DNA from: an uncultured candidate division Zixibacteria bacterium
GTDB taxonomy: Bacteria; Zixibacteria; MSB-5A5; GN15; FEB-12
Reading direction: 5' to 3'
NCBI GenBank assembly: GCA_963806185.1
Contig: CAWDXE010000006.1
Location: forward strand, 96,001 to 160,000
Length of the DNA stretch: 64,000 nt
Part shown: in pieces, positions 52,424 through 61,934 of the stretch
Layout: every line of letters starts with the position of its first letter
Position numbering within the stretch: the first letter of the stretch is position 1
The notes under the pieces: model-generated
The model's database searches: none
Told to the model about the DNA's origin: nothing
The model's input: only the letters and a program-made list of their open reading frames with translations
Position numbers and translations under genes: made by a program

Positions 52424-52926
52424 GTCATCGTGAATCATTCCCCGCTTCGTCATCCTGAATCATCCTCCCGCCTCGTCATCCTGAATCATTCCTATGATTC
52501 AGGATCTCAATGTTCACCGAATCGCCAAACAAGTCATCCCCGCCCTCCCATTTGTCATTCCCGCGAAAGCGGGAATCCAGGGTAGGGATTAGCCGGTCCG
52601 TGACCTCGTCGGTGATGCTGTAGAGACTCTGCAAACACCCCACCGCGTAGACGGTGGGGTCCGGATGGAGGACGAGGCTGGCGCACGAGGCGTACGCCAG
52701 CCATGGGATGAAGAGAGCTGAGAGATTGCCACGGCGCGAAACGCGCCTCGCAATGACTGCGACGAGATAATGGAGCGAGCAGGGAAAGTACGTGATAAAC
52801 GAAAGTGTTAAGATTGCTTCGTCGCGTTGGGAAACGCTCCTCGCAATGAGTATTGATGCGGTACGTCGCACTGCCCAGGACCTGACTCTACGAAGATGGC
52901 CGGCGCACGAGACGTACGCCGGCCAC
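52424..52926. repeat. REP-like palindrome mosaic
   Basis: GTCATCCTGAATCA units, GTCATTCCCGCGAAAGCGGGAATCC, ACCCCACCG..CGGTGGGGT, two GGCGCACGAG.CGTACGCC copies, two GATTGC..CTCGCAATGA copies. Confidence 0.85.
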
Positions 52927-52948
52927 CGAAATCAATCGCTCTTCATCC

Positions 52949-54568
52949 TCACCCCATAAACGGATACCGGAAATCCTTCGGTGGTACGAAGTTCTCCTTG
53001 ATCGACCGCGGCGACGTCCATCTCAGCATATTCTGAATGCCGCCCGCCTTGTCGTTGGTGCCGCTGGCTCGTCCGCCGCCAAACGGCTGCTGCCCCACTA
53101 CTGCGCCGGTCGGCTTATCGTTGATATAGAAATTTCCCGCCGCATTGCGCAAAGTCCGCTCGGCCAGCGCAATCGCCGACCGGTCGGTCGCAAACACCGC
53201 GCCGGTCAAAGCGTAGGGTGACGTTTGATCGCACAGGTGCAGAGTCTTGGCGAATTCGTCGTCTTCATAGATGAACATCGTCATCACCGGGCCGAAGATC
53301 TCTTCTTCCAGCGTTTTGTAGTGCGGATTGCTGGTGACGATAACAGTCGGTTTGATGAAGAAGCCGTTAGTTTTGTCGTATTCGCCGCCGATCAGAATCT
53401 CGGCGTCTTTCTGCGTTTTGGTGTAATCGATATACGCCGTGATCGATTTGAAAGCGCTCTCGTCGATCACCGCATTGATGAAGTTGCCGAAATCCTCCGG
53501 ATCACCCATCTTCATCGCCGACACCTGCGCCACGATTTTCTCTTTCAGAGCCGGCCAGAGCGACTTGGGCAGATAGGCGCGCGACGCCGCACTGCATTTC
53601 TGACCCTGGTATTCAAATGCGCCACGCGTGATCGCAGTCGCTAATGCGTCGACCTCCGCGCTCGGATGCGCCACGATGAAATCCTTGCCCCCAGTCTCGC
53701 CGACAATACGCGGATACGATTTGTAGACGGCGATATTCTCGCCGATCGTCTTCCACATCGACTGGAACACGCCGGTCGAGCCGGTGAAATGAATTCCGGC
53801 CAGCATCTTGTTTTTCAGCACGACGTCGCTCACCGAGCCGCCGCGCGCGAAGATCAGATTGATCACGCCGGCAGGAAGTCCCGCCTCGCGCAGAATCTTC
53901 ATGATGAAGTACGACGTGTACGCGACGGTCGACGCCGGTTTCCAGACCGCCACGTTGCCGAGCATGGCCGGCGCGGTCGGCAGGTTGCCGTTGATCGAAA
54001 CGAAATTGAACGGCGACACGCAGAAGACGTACCCTTCGAGCGGACGGTGATCCATCCGGTTCCAGAGAAGCGGACTGCTGTCGGGCTGAACCTTGTAGAT
54101 TTCCTGCATGAAGAAGGCGTTGAACCGCCAGAAATCGGCCAGTTCGCAGACCGCGTCGATTTCGGCCTGAAAAATATTCTTGGAATGCGCCAGCATGGCG
54201 GCGGCGTTCATGACATAGCGATACGGTCCGGCGAGCAGGTCGGCCGCTTTGAGGAAGATGGCGGCGCGATGTTCCCACGGCATGGCGGCCCAGGCGTTTT
54301 GCGCCTCGACGGCGGCGTCGATCGCCATCTGAGCTTCTTTGGGGCCGCCCTGATAATAGTGACCGAGAATCAGCTTATGGTTGTGGGGCGAGCGGATTTC
54401 GATTTTGTCGCCGGTGCGGATTTCTTTGCCGCCGATGATCATCGGGATATCGATCGGAGTGGCTTTGAGTTGGGCGAGCGCTTTTTCTATCCCCTGACGC
54501 TCGACACTGCCGGGCGCGTAGTTGAGCACCGGTTCATTTTTGGGTGTCGGGACGTGAAAAATTCCCAT
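52949..54568 (-). CDS. pruA: 1-pyrroline-5-carboxylate dehydrogenase
   Basis: NEPVLNYAPGS, PFNF, HFTGST, GETGGKDF, YQGQKCSA, EEIFGP, QPFGGGRASGTNDKAG. Confidence 0.95.
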   Translation of the reverse strand: MGIFHVPTPKNEPVLNYAPGSVERQGIEKALAQLKATPIDIPMIIGGKEIRTGDKIEIRSPHNHKLILGHYYQGGPKEAQMAIDAAVEAQNAWAAMPWEHRAAIFLKAADLLAGPYRYVMNAAAMLAHSKNIFQAEIDAVCELADFWRFNAFFMQEIYKVQPDSSPLLWNRMDHRPLEGYVFCVSPFNFVSINGNLPTAPAMLGNVAVWKPASTVAYTSYFIMKILREAGLPAGVINLIFARGGSVSDVVLKNKMLAGIHFTGSTGVFQSMWKTIGENIAVYKSYPRIVGETGGKDFIVAHPSAEVDALATAITRGAFEYQGQKCSAASRAYLPKSLWPALKEKIVAQVSAMKMGDPEDFGNFINAVIDESAFKSITAYIDYTKTQKDAEILIGGEYDKTNGFFIKPTVIVTSNPHYKTLEEEIFGPVMTMFIYEDDEFAKTLHLCDQTSPYALTGAVFATDRSAIALAERTLRNAAGNFYINDKPTGAVVGQQPFGGGRASGTNDKAGGIQNMLRWTSPRSIKENFVPPKDFRYPFMG

Positions 54569-54713
54569 GACGGACTGCTTTCTGAAATATGGTTAAACGA
54601 CAACGTCTAATTTTGGGGCAATGTAGCAAAGGGGACCGAGAGGGGCAAGGGGGGAATGGAAAGGGCGGGGAAGTGGTTGCGTTTTAGGCTGTTAAGGGAA
54701 ATAGGCGAGTAGA

Positions 54714-54882
54714 GTCATCGCGAGGCTCGCTTCGCGCCGTGGCGATCTTTCAGTTCATTCAATGGCTGGCGTACGTCCCGTGCGCCAGCACCGTTCACCA
54801 TTCGTACCCCACCGTCTATGCGGTGGGGTATCTGAAAGCCTGGCCCACTGAAGATACCCCACCGTAAATCGGTGGGGTACGG
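54714..54882. repeat. REP cluster including an inverted GTAC-type pair
   Basis: CGTACCCCACCG..CGGTGGGGTATC (54803) and GATACCCCACCG..CGGTGGGGTACG (to 54881). Confidence 0.8.
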
Positions 54883-55081
54883 AGTAGAGCGGTTATCGGA
54901 AACAGATTTTGAGGTGTGCTAGCGGGTGGTTGAAGTGGAGAGAGTAAAATGAACCAGCGTGATTTGAAAATGTGATATTTTGACCCATACATTCGGTGTA
55001 TCGTTCGACTTCAACTTGTCGGCGGAATGTATGATCTGTAATTCCGAAAATGTCTTTCCATTGCACCTTCGCCCTTCCCAC

Positions 55082-55202
55082 AACGTCACCCCCGCCTTCC
55101 CCACAACGTCACCCCCGCCTTCCCCAAAACGTCACCCCCGCCTCCCCCAAAACGTCACCCCCGCCTCCCCCAAAACGTCACCCCCGCCTTGAGCGGGGGC
55201 CC
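55082..55202 (+). repeat. 23-bp tandem repeat: 4 half-units plus a complete hairpin
   Basis: AACGTCACCCCCGCCTYCCCCAM at 55082, 55105, 55128, 55151; unit at 55174 continues CTTGAGCGGGGGCCC. Confidence 0.95.
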
Positions 55203-55529
55203 ATCAGGATCGTAACGCGATGTACTACGTTTACGTCATGACGAATCGCCGTCACGGCACGCTCTATGTCGGCATGACCAACGACCTGATCAAGCGGGTG
55301 GGTCAGCACAAGCAGAACATGGCCGACGGATTCACCAGCAAGTGGGGCCTCCATACGCTTGTATATTTCGAGATGATCGAGCACGCGTACGAGGCTATTC
55401 AGCGCGAGAAGCGATTCAAGAAGTGGAATCGTAGCTGGAAAGTGCAGCTCATTGATGAAAACAACCCCGACTGGGCGGACTTGTACCCAGAGATTTTGGG
55501 AATGGGCCCCCGGTCAAGCCGGGGGTGAC
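55177..55529 (+). mobile_element. Putative GIY-YIG mini-element bounded by inverted 26-bp hairpins
   Basis: Left GTCACCCCCGCCTTGAGCGGGGGCCC; right end reverse complement GTCACCCCCGGCTTGACCGGGGGCCC. Confidence 0.7.
55220..55528 (+). CDS. Small stand-alone GIY-YIG nuclease
   Basis: YYVYVM..LYVGMTNDL..R..H; AIQREKRFKKWNRSWK..NPDW. Confidence 0.92.
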   Translation: MYYVYVMTNRRHGTLYVGMTNDLIKRVGQHKQNMADGFTSKWGLHTLVYFEMIEHAYEAIQREKRFKKWNRSWKVQLIDENNPDWADLYPEILGMGPRSSRG

Positions 55530-55611
55530 ATTGGGGCGGCATCGTTCCGTCAGGTCCTGCGCCGAGTCTGCGAGGCGTGTGACCAGACGGTCTTTCGATA
55601 ATCACGCCCCC

Positions 55612-56671
55612 TCACCCCTCCGCCACCACCCTCGCATATAACTGCGTCAGCGTTCCCCCATACCTCTCCCACGTGAATTCGCGCGCGCGATGCGTGCCGG
55701 CGGCGATCAGGGCGTGGCGATACGGTTGATCATCGAGCAGGCGGCGGAGCGCCTCGGTGCTCGCTGAGGGTTCGTCGGGTGACACCAACACACCCGCGTC
55801 GCCGGCCACCTCGGCACAACTGCTTCGGTCCGACGTTATCACCGGCGAGCCAGCCGCCATCGCCTCCAACACCGGCATGCCAAACCCCTCCTCCCACGAC
55901 GGCAACAAGGTCGCGGTTGCGTGTTGGTATAGCGCAGTCAGGTCGGCCTGCGCCAGACGCGAAAAGCGGATAAGCCGCTCGGACGGAAAACGGGCCAAAT
56001 CGCGCACCGCGATATCGTCGTACCCAAACCCCGGTTCCCCTACGATCACCAGCGACAGATTTTTCAGCGGCATGACGGCATCGACAATATGCCCAAGATT
56101 CTTTCGGTTTTCGATTCGCCCCACAAACAGCACGTACGACTGCGACAAGACCGGTCGGACCGGTGCGCTGATGTCGGCGTCGGTCGGAATCGACGGGATA
56201 CTCACCCCCAGCGGGATCGCCACACATTTGTCGGGGGCGACCAGATCAAGTTCGAGCAATTTGCGGCGGGTCCATTCGCTGTCGGCGATAATCAGGTCGG
56301 AACGGAAGATATCGTTGCGCATGCGCACTTCCAGCTTCTTCTGGAACGGCGCAGGCTGGTACGGATTCGGGATAGAGCGACCAGACATCGTGCGTGGTGT
56401 AGATGACTTTCTCGCTTCGCACGGACGGGAGGCGATGGCACAGGGCATGGACAATATCGTAACGGGGTGACCGGAAGCGGCTCAACAGGCCGGTTTGTTG
56501 GACGGGGATGTTTTGCACTTTCACGTTGTTCGGATCGCCGCGACGATAGAGGGCGGTAGGGCGCAGATCAGGGTGTGAGGCGGCCATCCGCAGAGTGTGA
56601 TGGCAGACCTGCGCGATGCCGCCGTAGGGCGAGACGGCGAGTGAGGTGACCTCGAAGGCGATGTTGAGCAT
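55612..56671 (-). CDS. GT4 glycosyltransferase, one frameshift at about 56370
   Basis: TTHDVW; FVGRIENRKNL; EGFGMPVLEAMAAG; removing one base of the GGG at 56369-56371 joins the frames. Confidence 0.88.
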
Positions 56672-56749
56672 CGATCAAACAAAGGCCAATGAGGGTGGAA
56701 ATGTCAAGGGAATCGAAAGAGGCTGCTTGCCCTCACCGCAGACCTACAT

Positions 56750-56955
56750 GTCAGCAAGTCTTGTAGGACAGGATCCCCGCTTCTTAGCGGGTGATCCTGA
56801 CGTCCTATTCTCAAGCGTCAGGTCACACGCCTCGCGGACTCGGCGCACGACTTGACGCAACGCAGGCGTGGCGCACGGGACGTACGCCACGCACGGAGGA
56901 TTCACGTCGGGCTGAGCCTTCGACTTCGTCATGGACAAACTCCGTCGAGGCCGGT
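56750..56955. repeat. REP-like palindrome cluster
   Basis: GTAGGACAGGATC..GATCCTGAC; GCGTCAGGTCACACG..; GCGTGGCGCACGGGACGTACGCCACGC. Confidence 0.7.
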
Positions 56956-57015
56956 CGTCGCCGCAGGAAAGAATCCCCTGGTTGCGTTCTCTCCCCTGCC
57001 TTCCTACTTTGTCGC

Positions 57016-57766
57016 ATGACTGATTCTGTCGCCATCAATTGCGATCTGGTCTGGGGACATGAAAATGCCCGCACTCGCCGCAAATGCAGGACGGATTGTC
57101 GTCGTGGTCGACACGCTCAGTTTCTCCACGCTCGTCGCATTCGCCACGATTAAGGGGGCCAAGATCTACCCGGCGGGCACGCGCGATGATGCAGCGAAGG
57201 TGAGCATCGAAACCGGCGCCGAGCTGGCCGTACGGCGGAAAGAGGTTCCAGAAAAGGGGCGGTACTCGCTTTCGCCGCTGACCTATGTCGAGGCCACTCC
57301 GGACACCAGGGTGGCGATTTTTTCCCCGAACGGCGGCATGGCGACACTTTGCGCCAGAAGTGCCCCACACGTCTTCGCCGGAGCGCTGGTCAACGCCGGC
57401 GCGGTGGCACGCCGAATCAACCAACTTGTGACGGACTTTTCGGCCGGTGTAACCGTAGTCGCCTGTGGCGAACGAGTGGAACGGTCGGGTGAGACCGGCG
57501 ACCACCGTGAGGCGGTCGAGGATTATCTGGGGGCGGGAGCGATTCTGGCCGGAATTGATTTACCCAAGTCGCCGGCCGCGGCTGACTGCGCGAGGGCTTA
57601 TCTGGTCAACCGGGCGAACATCCGTTCATTGTTGGTGGGGAGTTTTAGCGGTCAGGAGTTTGCCGGGACCGGCTTTTTTGCCGATGTCGAGTTTGCGGCG
57701 CGAGTGGACTTGATCGATTCCGTGCCCGAACTTCGACCCGGCCCACACCCTTGGTACGCTGCCTGA
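57016..57766 (+). CDS. 2-phosphosulfolactate phosphatase (ComB-like), probable frameshift near 57070
   Basis: VVVVDTLSFST, SLSP, SPNG, GALVNA, ACGER, AVEDYLGAGAI; upstream LVWG segment is one base out of frame. Confidence 0.8.
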
Positions 57767-57913
57767 TCTGCTCGGGGAACTCAAGGCACTAGTACCCCAC
57801 CGGAACGGTGGGTTCAGCCTTCAATGGCTACCTTGTTCGTCGACAACCGCGTGGCCGATTGCGCGGAGCCGGATTTTCAGCACAAAAAAACCGGCCAGCA
57901 GCCGGAAAAAAAA

Positions 57914-57986
57914 TGACCCCAACGGGAGTCGAACCCGTGTTACCGCCGTGAAAGGGCGATGTCCTAGGCCACTAGACGATGGGGTC
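57914..57986 (-). tRNA. tRNA-Glu(TTC), CCA not encoded
   Basis: GACCCCATCGTCTAGTGGCCTAGGACATCGCCCTTTCACGGCGGTAACACGGGTTCGACTCCCGTTGGGGTCA folds as a cloverleaf; anticodon loop CTTTCAC. Confidence 0.96.
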
Positions 57987-58088
57987 GCAGTAGCTTCCTG
58001 AGAGCCCGATAGTATAAAGATTTCCACCCCGGTGTCAAGAGGTAATGGACCGTCTTACAACCTCAAAGTTGACCCAAGACCAGCTGGT

Positions 58089-58508
58089 TTAGTCAATGGC
58101 CGGGACCATCAGAATTGGGATTGTGGCCCGGTGAAGCAGGGCCGACGACACACTCCCCAGCACCCAGTCGGCCAGAAGACGGTGGCCGTGGCCGGACATG
58201 GCGATCAGATCGAACCCTCCCTTGTCAACCAGAGCCAGAATCTCTTTCACCGGGTCGCCACAGGCCAATACGGCCGTAGCATCGAAGCCGTCCTTCCGCA
58301 AATCATCCTGACACTTCTGCAGGTAAGCCCGGTCCTGCTGCATTTCCGGGGACTCCCCAAGATTGCGCTGGTTCCGAGCCATGAAACCGTCAGCCACATG
58401 AATCAAGGTCAGCTTCGACTGGGCCAAACGGGCGAGCGGTCGGATATGGGTCAGCACGGCCCGGTCGACCGGGCTGTTGTCCAGAGTTATGAGAATATTC
58501 TTATACAT
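58089..58508 (-). CDS. Universal stress protein
   Basis: YKNILITLD, GDP..EI, DLIAMSGHGH..LGSVS. Confidence 0.92.
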   Translation of the reverse strand: MYKNILITLDNSPVDRAVLTHIRPLARLAQSKLTLIHVADGFMARNQRNLGESPEMQQDRAYLQKCQDDLRKDGFDATAVLACGDPVKEILALVDKGGFDLIAMSGHGHRLLADWVLGSVSSALLHRATIPILMVPAID

Positions 58509-58532
58509 AGAATCTTCCTGAGACCGATTGGT

Positions 58533-59933
58533 TTACGACAGCCACCCGACAAACGTCTGGAATAGTAAGAACCCGTTTAGACAGATAATGATCCCGGCGA
58601 CCACCCAGGCTAACCCCGAGAGCCAGCCGGGATTGACGAATGACCCCATCATCCGTTTGTCTCCTGTGAACTTGATCAACGGCACAATGGCGAAACTCAG
58701 TTGAAGGGAGAGGATGACCTGGCTCAAAATGAGCAGTTCGCCGACACCCTGATCGCCGAAGAGGGCGGCGACAATGACCGCCGGGACAATCGCCACCATC
58801 CGGGTCAGGAGCCGTCGCACCCAGGGGCGAAGTCGGATATTCAGGAAACCCTCCATAACAATCTGTCCGGCCATGGTTCCGGTCAGGGTCGAGTTCTGAC
58901 CCGAGGCGAGCAGGGCGATCGCGAACAGGGCGCTGGCCAGCGGAACGCCGAGAGCCGGGGTGAGGAGCATGTAAGCGTCATTAATGTCCGCCACATCCTG
59001 ATGACCGGTGGTGTGAAAAGCGACCGCGCTTAACACCAAAATGGCGGCATTGATGAAAAAGGCCAGCAGCAGGGCAAAAGTGGAATCGATAGTGGCGAAC
59101 TTGACCGCCATCTTCTTCCCCTTGTCGGTACGATCATACGCCCGGGTCTGGACAATACTCGAATGAAGATAAAGATTGTGGGGCATCACCGTGGCGCCGA
59201 GAATGCCGATCGCGATATAGAGCATGGCGGTGTCGGTGGCGATCCGGGTCTGCGGAATCAGACCAATCAACACGTCGCGGATCACCGGCTGGAACATGAG
59301 CAGTTCGTAGGCGAAGCAGCCGCCGATGAGCACAATCAGCCCAATGACCAGCGATTCGATATACCGGAAGGCCTTGTGCTGGAGGTAGAGCACGACCAGA
59401 ACGTCGGCGGCGGTCAGGACCACCCCGACCACCAGGGGTATGTGAAAGAGCAGATTCAGGGCGATAGCCGAGCCGAGCACCTCCGCCAGATCGCAGGCGG
59501 CGATGGCGATTTCGCACAGAATCCATTGGAAAATGACCGCCGGTTTGGAGTAGTGGTCACGGCAGGCCTGGGCCAGATCCCGTTCGGCGACGACCCCCAG
59601 TTTGAGGGCGAGGTGCTGAAGTAGGATGGCCATGAAGTTTGAGATCAGGATCACCGAAAGCAGGGCATAGCCGAATTGGGCCCCTCCGGCCAAGTCGGTA
59701 GCCCAGTTGCCAGGGTCCATGTAGCCGACAGCGACGATAAAACCGGGGCCGCCGAAAGCGAGGAGCTTTCGCCAAAACTTGGCGTTGGCATCGACCGGAA
59801 TGGAGGCGTGAGCCTCCGGCAGCGACGGGGTCTGGACCTCACTGTGCCAGCCGGTTTGAGCCGCCCGTTTCGGCGGGGGATCGGCCGCGATCGGGGATTC
59901 CTCGGGCTCGTTATGCGGTTCTTTCTCGGTCAA
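58533..59933 (-). CDS. mntH: Nramp-family divalent metal (Mn2+) transporter
   Basis: YMDPGN, GATVMPHNLYLHS, multiple TM segments. Confidence 0.95.
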   Translation of the reverse strand: MTEKEPHNEPEESPIAADPPPKRAAQTGWHSEVQTPSLPEAHASIPVDANAKFWRKLLAFGGPGFIVAVGYMDPGNWATDLAGGAQFGYALLSVILISNFMAILLQHLALKLGVVAERDLAQACRDHYSKPAVIFQWILCEIAIAACDLAEVLGSAIALNLLFHIPLVVGVVLTAADVLVVLYLQHKAFRYIESLVIGLIVLIGGCFAYELLMFQPVIRDVLIGLIPQTRIATDTAMLYIAIGILGATVMPHNLYLHSSIVQTRAYDRTDKGKKMAVKFATIDSTFALLLAFFINAAILVLSAVAFHTTGHQDVADINDAYMLLTPALGVPLASALFAIALLASGQNSTLTGTMAGQIVMEGFLNIRLRPWVRRLLTRMVAIVPAVIVAALFGDQGVGELLILSQVILSLQLSFAIVPLIKFTGDKRMMGSFVNPGWLSGLAWVVAGIIICLNGFLLFQTFVGWLS

Positions 59934-60322
59934 TGTATCCTCGCTAAGTCTACTTTCAGGGTTGAGTCAGATCGACATCGGGCCGCTGTGCGGTGCCGCG
60001 ATCGACCTGTCCAGTGAGTATAACCTGCCGCCGCGATTGGTTCAAGTTTGATTACACAGTTGCGTGTGGCGGGGTAGGCAAGACAACCAAACATGGACAT
60101 CAACGGGTGGCGTTCGGTCGATCAAAACTGGAGTCTCAGAGTCCGCGATGGGGCGCAAATCCAAGCGGACGCCTTTCCCCCGGTTATGTGATGCGAAGTC
60201 GAGCGGGAAAACGGCACAATCGCTCAGGGTGAACCGCTCGCCGAACTGTACAATCTATACACTATGTATGTACATTCTTTTTGACATAAGCTATCAGATT
60301 ACACAGTAAGTTGTATAAGATG

Positions 60323-60352
60323 TTGACAAAGCGTTTAGCTTAGATATATCAT
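60323..60352 (+). promoter_or_regulatory. Possible sigma-70 promoter
   Basis: TTGACA-18-TATCAT in an AT-rich stretch upstream of the regulator gene. Confidence 0.4.
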
Positions 60353-60532
60353 TGTACAGTCAGTGTCAGCGGGGATGATCGATTCTTCGACCGGGAATCA
60401 GGGGAATACGATGGTTATCCTCTGCGAGTCGCAGGGACGCGACCCGGTCGGCAACTGTCACGCGGGCTCGCTTGAGTGTTCGAAGCGAGCCCGTTGTTGC
60501 TGTCGGAAAACTCAGGGACGGATCGACAAGTC

Positions 60533-61867
60533 ATGTTGCCCCAGGTTCTGATTTACAATGCGACCGCCACGATCGGCCGAGTTCTGTCCGCCTTTTTGGC
60601 CCGTCATCAGGTTCACGCAGTCTACGTTTCGAAGCCCGACGAGACGCTCTCGCGGCTCACTCCCGGCCAGTTTTCGATCCTTTTGCTCGACCTGAATTTT
60701 GGGGACGAGCGCAATCCGTTTGACTATCTGGAGGCGGTTTTTGACCGCGATCCGGACATTGTGGTGATCGCCATGCCTGGCCGTCCGCAGTACGAAACGG
60801 CGATGGGGATGATGGAAGCGGGGGCGTTTGCCTTCATTCCGAAGCCGCTCAACGAGCACCTGATTTGGGTGACGGTCAACAAAGGGTTGGAGCATTACCG
60901 GCTCCGGCAGGTCCGTCGGCGGATGGAAGAGGGGCTTCAGGTCAGCCGATACGGGGAGTTTTTGGGGGTCAGTTTGGCGGTTCGGGGGGCGGTTGAAACG
61001 GCTCGAGCGGCGGCCGGGGTGGCCAGTCCGGTGCTGATCAGCGGTGAGCCGGGGGTCGGAAAAACCCATTTGGCGCACCTGATTCATGAGTGGTCGGGGC
61101 GGCGGCCGGTGGTGCGGGTCCGGGTTTCGACGGTCGCACCGGACCGGCTGGAGCGGGAATTTTTCGGCCAGGTCCGTACGACGACCAGCAAAGCGGTCCA
61201 ATTCGACCCGGGTTTGTTTTACCGGGCGGAAGGTGGGACACTGATTATAGATGAGGTCGAGCGCCTGCCGTTGGCTTTTCAGGGGAAGCTGGCGCAGGCG
61301 CTCGAGGACGGCAGGGTGTTGCCGGAGGGGGCAACACAGCCGTACCCGATTGCCGTGCGGGTGGTCGGTTTGACGACGGCTGATCTTCGCGAAGAGGTCG
61401 GGGCGGGGCGGTTTCGCGAGGATCTCTATTTCCGGCTGGCGACCGTGCCGATCGCCCTTCCGCCGTTGCGGGAGCGTCGGGAGGATATCGCCCTGCTTTT
61501 GAGGCAGGTGATGACTCAGTTGGGGCGGACGTTTGAGGAGTTGAGCCAGGAGCTGGTCACGCAGTTGCTGGTGGCGCGCTGGCCGGGGAATGTGCGACAG
61601 GTGGAATCGACCCTGGCGCGGATGGCGGCATTGAAACCGTCGGGTGTGCTGGAGGTGGTCGATTTGCCGGCAGACTTCGACGAGCCGGTGGGGGTAGCGC
61701 CGAGGGTGGAGTTGCGCCTGACGGATGCGTCGCGGCGGAGTGCGGCGATATACACAATTCAACATGCGTTAGCGCAGGCGCGCGGGAACCGCACGCGGGC
61801 GGCAAAGCTGCTTGGAATACCGAGACATACGTTATTATATCGTATGAAGAAGTTGGGGATGCGGTAG
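60533..61867 (+). CDS. Atypical NtrC-like REC-AAA+-Fis HTH regulator lacking GAFTGA
   Basis: GEPGVGKT, IIDEVE, FREDLYFRL, WPGNVRQ, GNRTRAAKLLGI; loop reads FFGQVRTTTSKA. Confidence 0.85.
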   Translation: MLPQVLIYNATATIGRVLSAFLARHQVHAVYVSKPDETLSRLTPGQFSILLLDLNFGDERNPFDYLEAVFDRDPDIVVIAMPGRPQYETAMGMMEAGAFAFIPKPLNEHLIWVTVNKGLEHYRLRQVRRRMEEGLQVSRYGEFLGVSLAVRGAVETARAAAGVASPVLISGEPGVGKTHLAHLIHEWSGRRPVVRVRVSTVAPDRLEREFFGQVRTTTSKAVQFDPGLFYRAEGGTLIIDEVERLPLAFQGKLAQALEDGRVLPEGATQPYPIAVRVVGLTTADLREEVGAGRFREDLYFRLATVPIALPPLRERREDIALLLRQVMTQLGRTFEELSQELVTQLLVARWPGNVRQVESTLARMAALKPSGVLEVVDLPADFDEPVGVAPRVELRLTDASRRSAAIYTIQHALAQARGNRTRAAKLLGIPRHTLLYRMKKLGMR

Positions 61868-61934
61868 GGGGGGGAAAAGGCGGCCTTTAGGGCCCAGGCC
61901 TTGTCAATCACAACGGCATGGGAGTTAACGACTA

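Noticed and set aside
54893..55080. AT-rich segment as a gene
   Set aside because: Only short motif-less ORFs; at most an unidentifiable remnant.
55082..55202. CRISPR array
   Set aside because: Units are contiguous 23-mers without unique spacers, and no cas genes are present in the window.
57780..58090. Integrative element at tRNA-Glu
   Set aside because: No integrase and no duplicated tRNA 3' end noticed in the window.
59934..60240. Mn-sensing riboswitch or MntR/DtxR box upstream of mntH
   Set aside because: No convincing match by eye; an Rfam or PWM scan would be needed.
60512..61765. 417-aa minus-strand ORF, and similar long antisense ORFs (53666-54610, 29089-29982, 2694-3410, 13847-14536)
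   Set aside because: Shadow frames of well-supported GC-rich genes, with no recognisable motifs.
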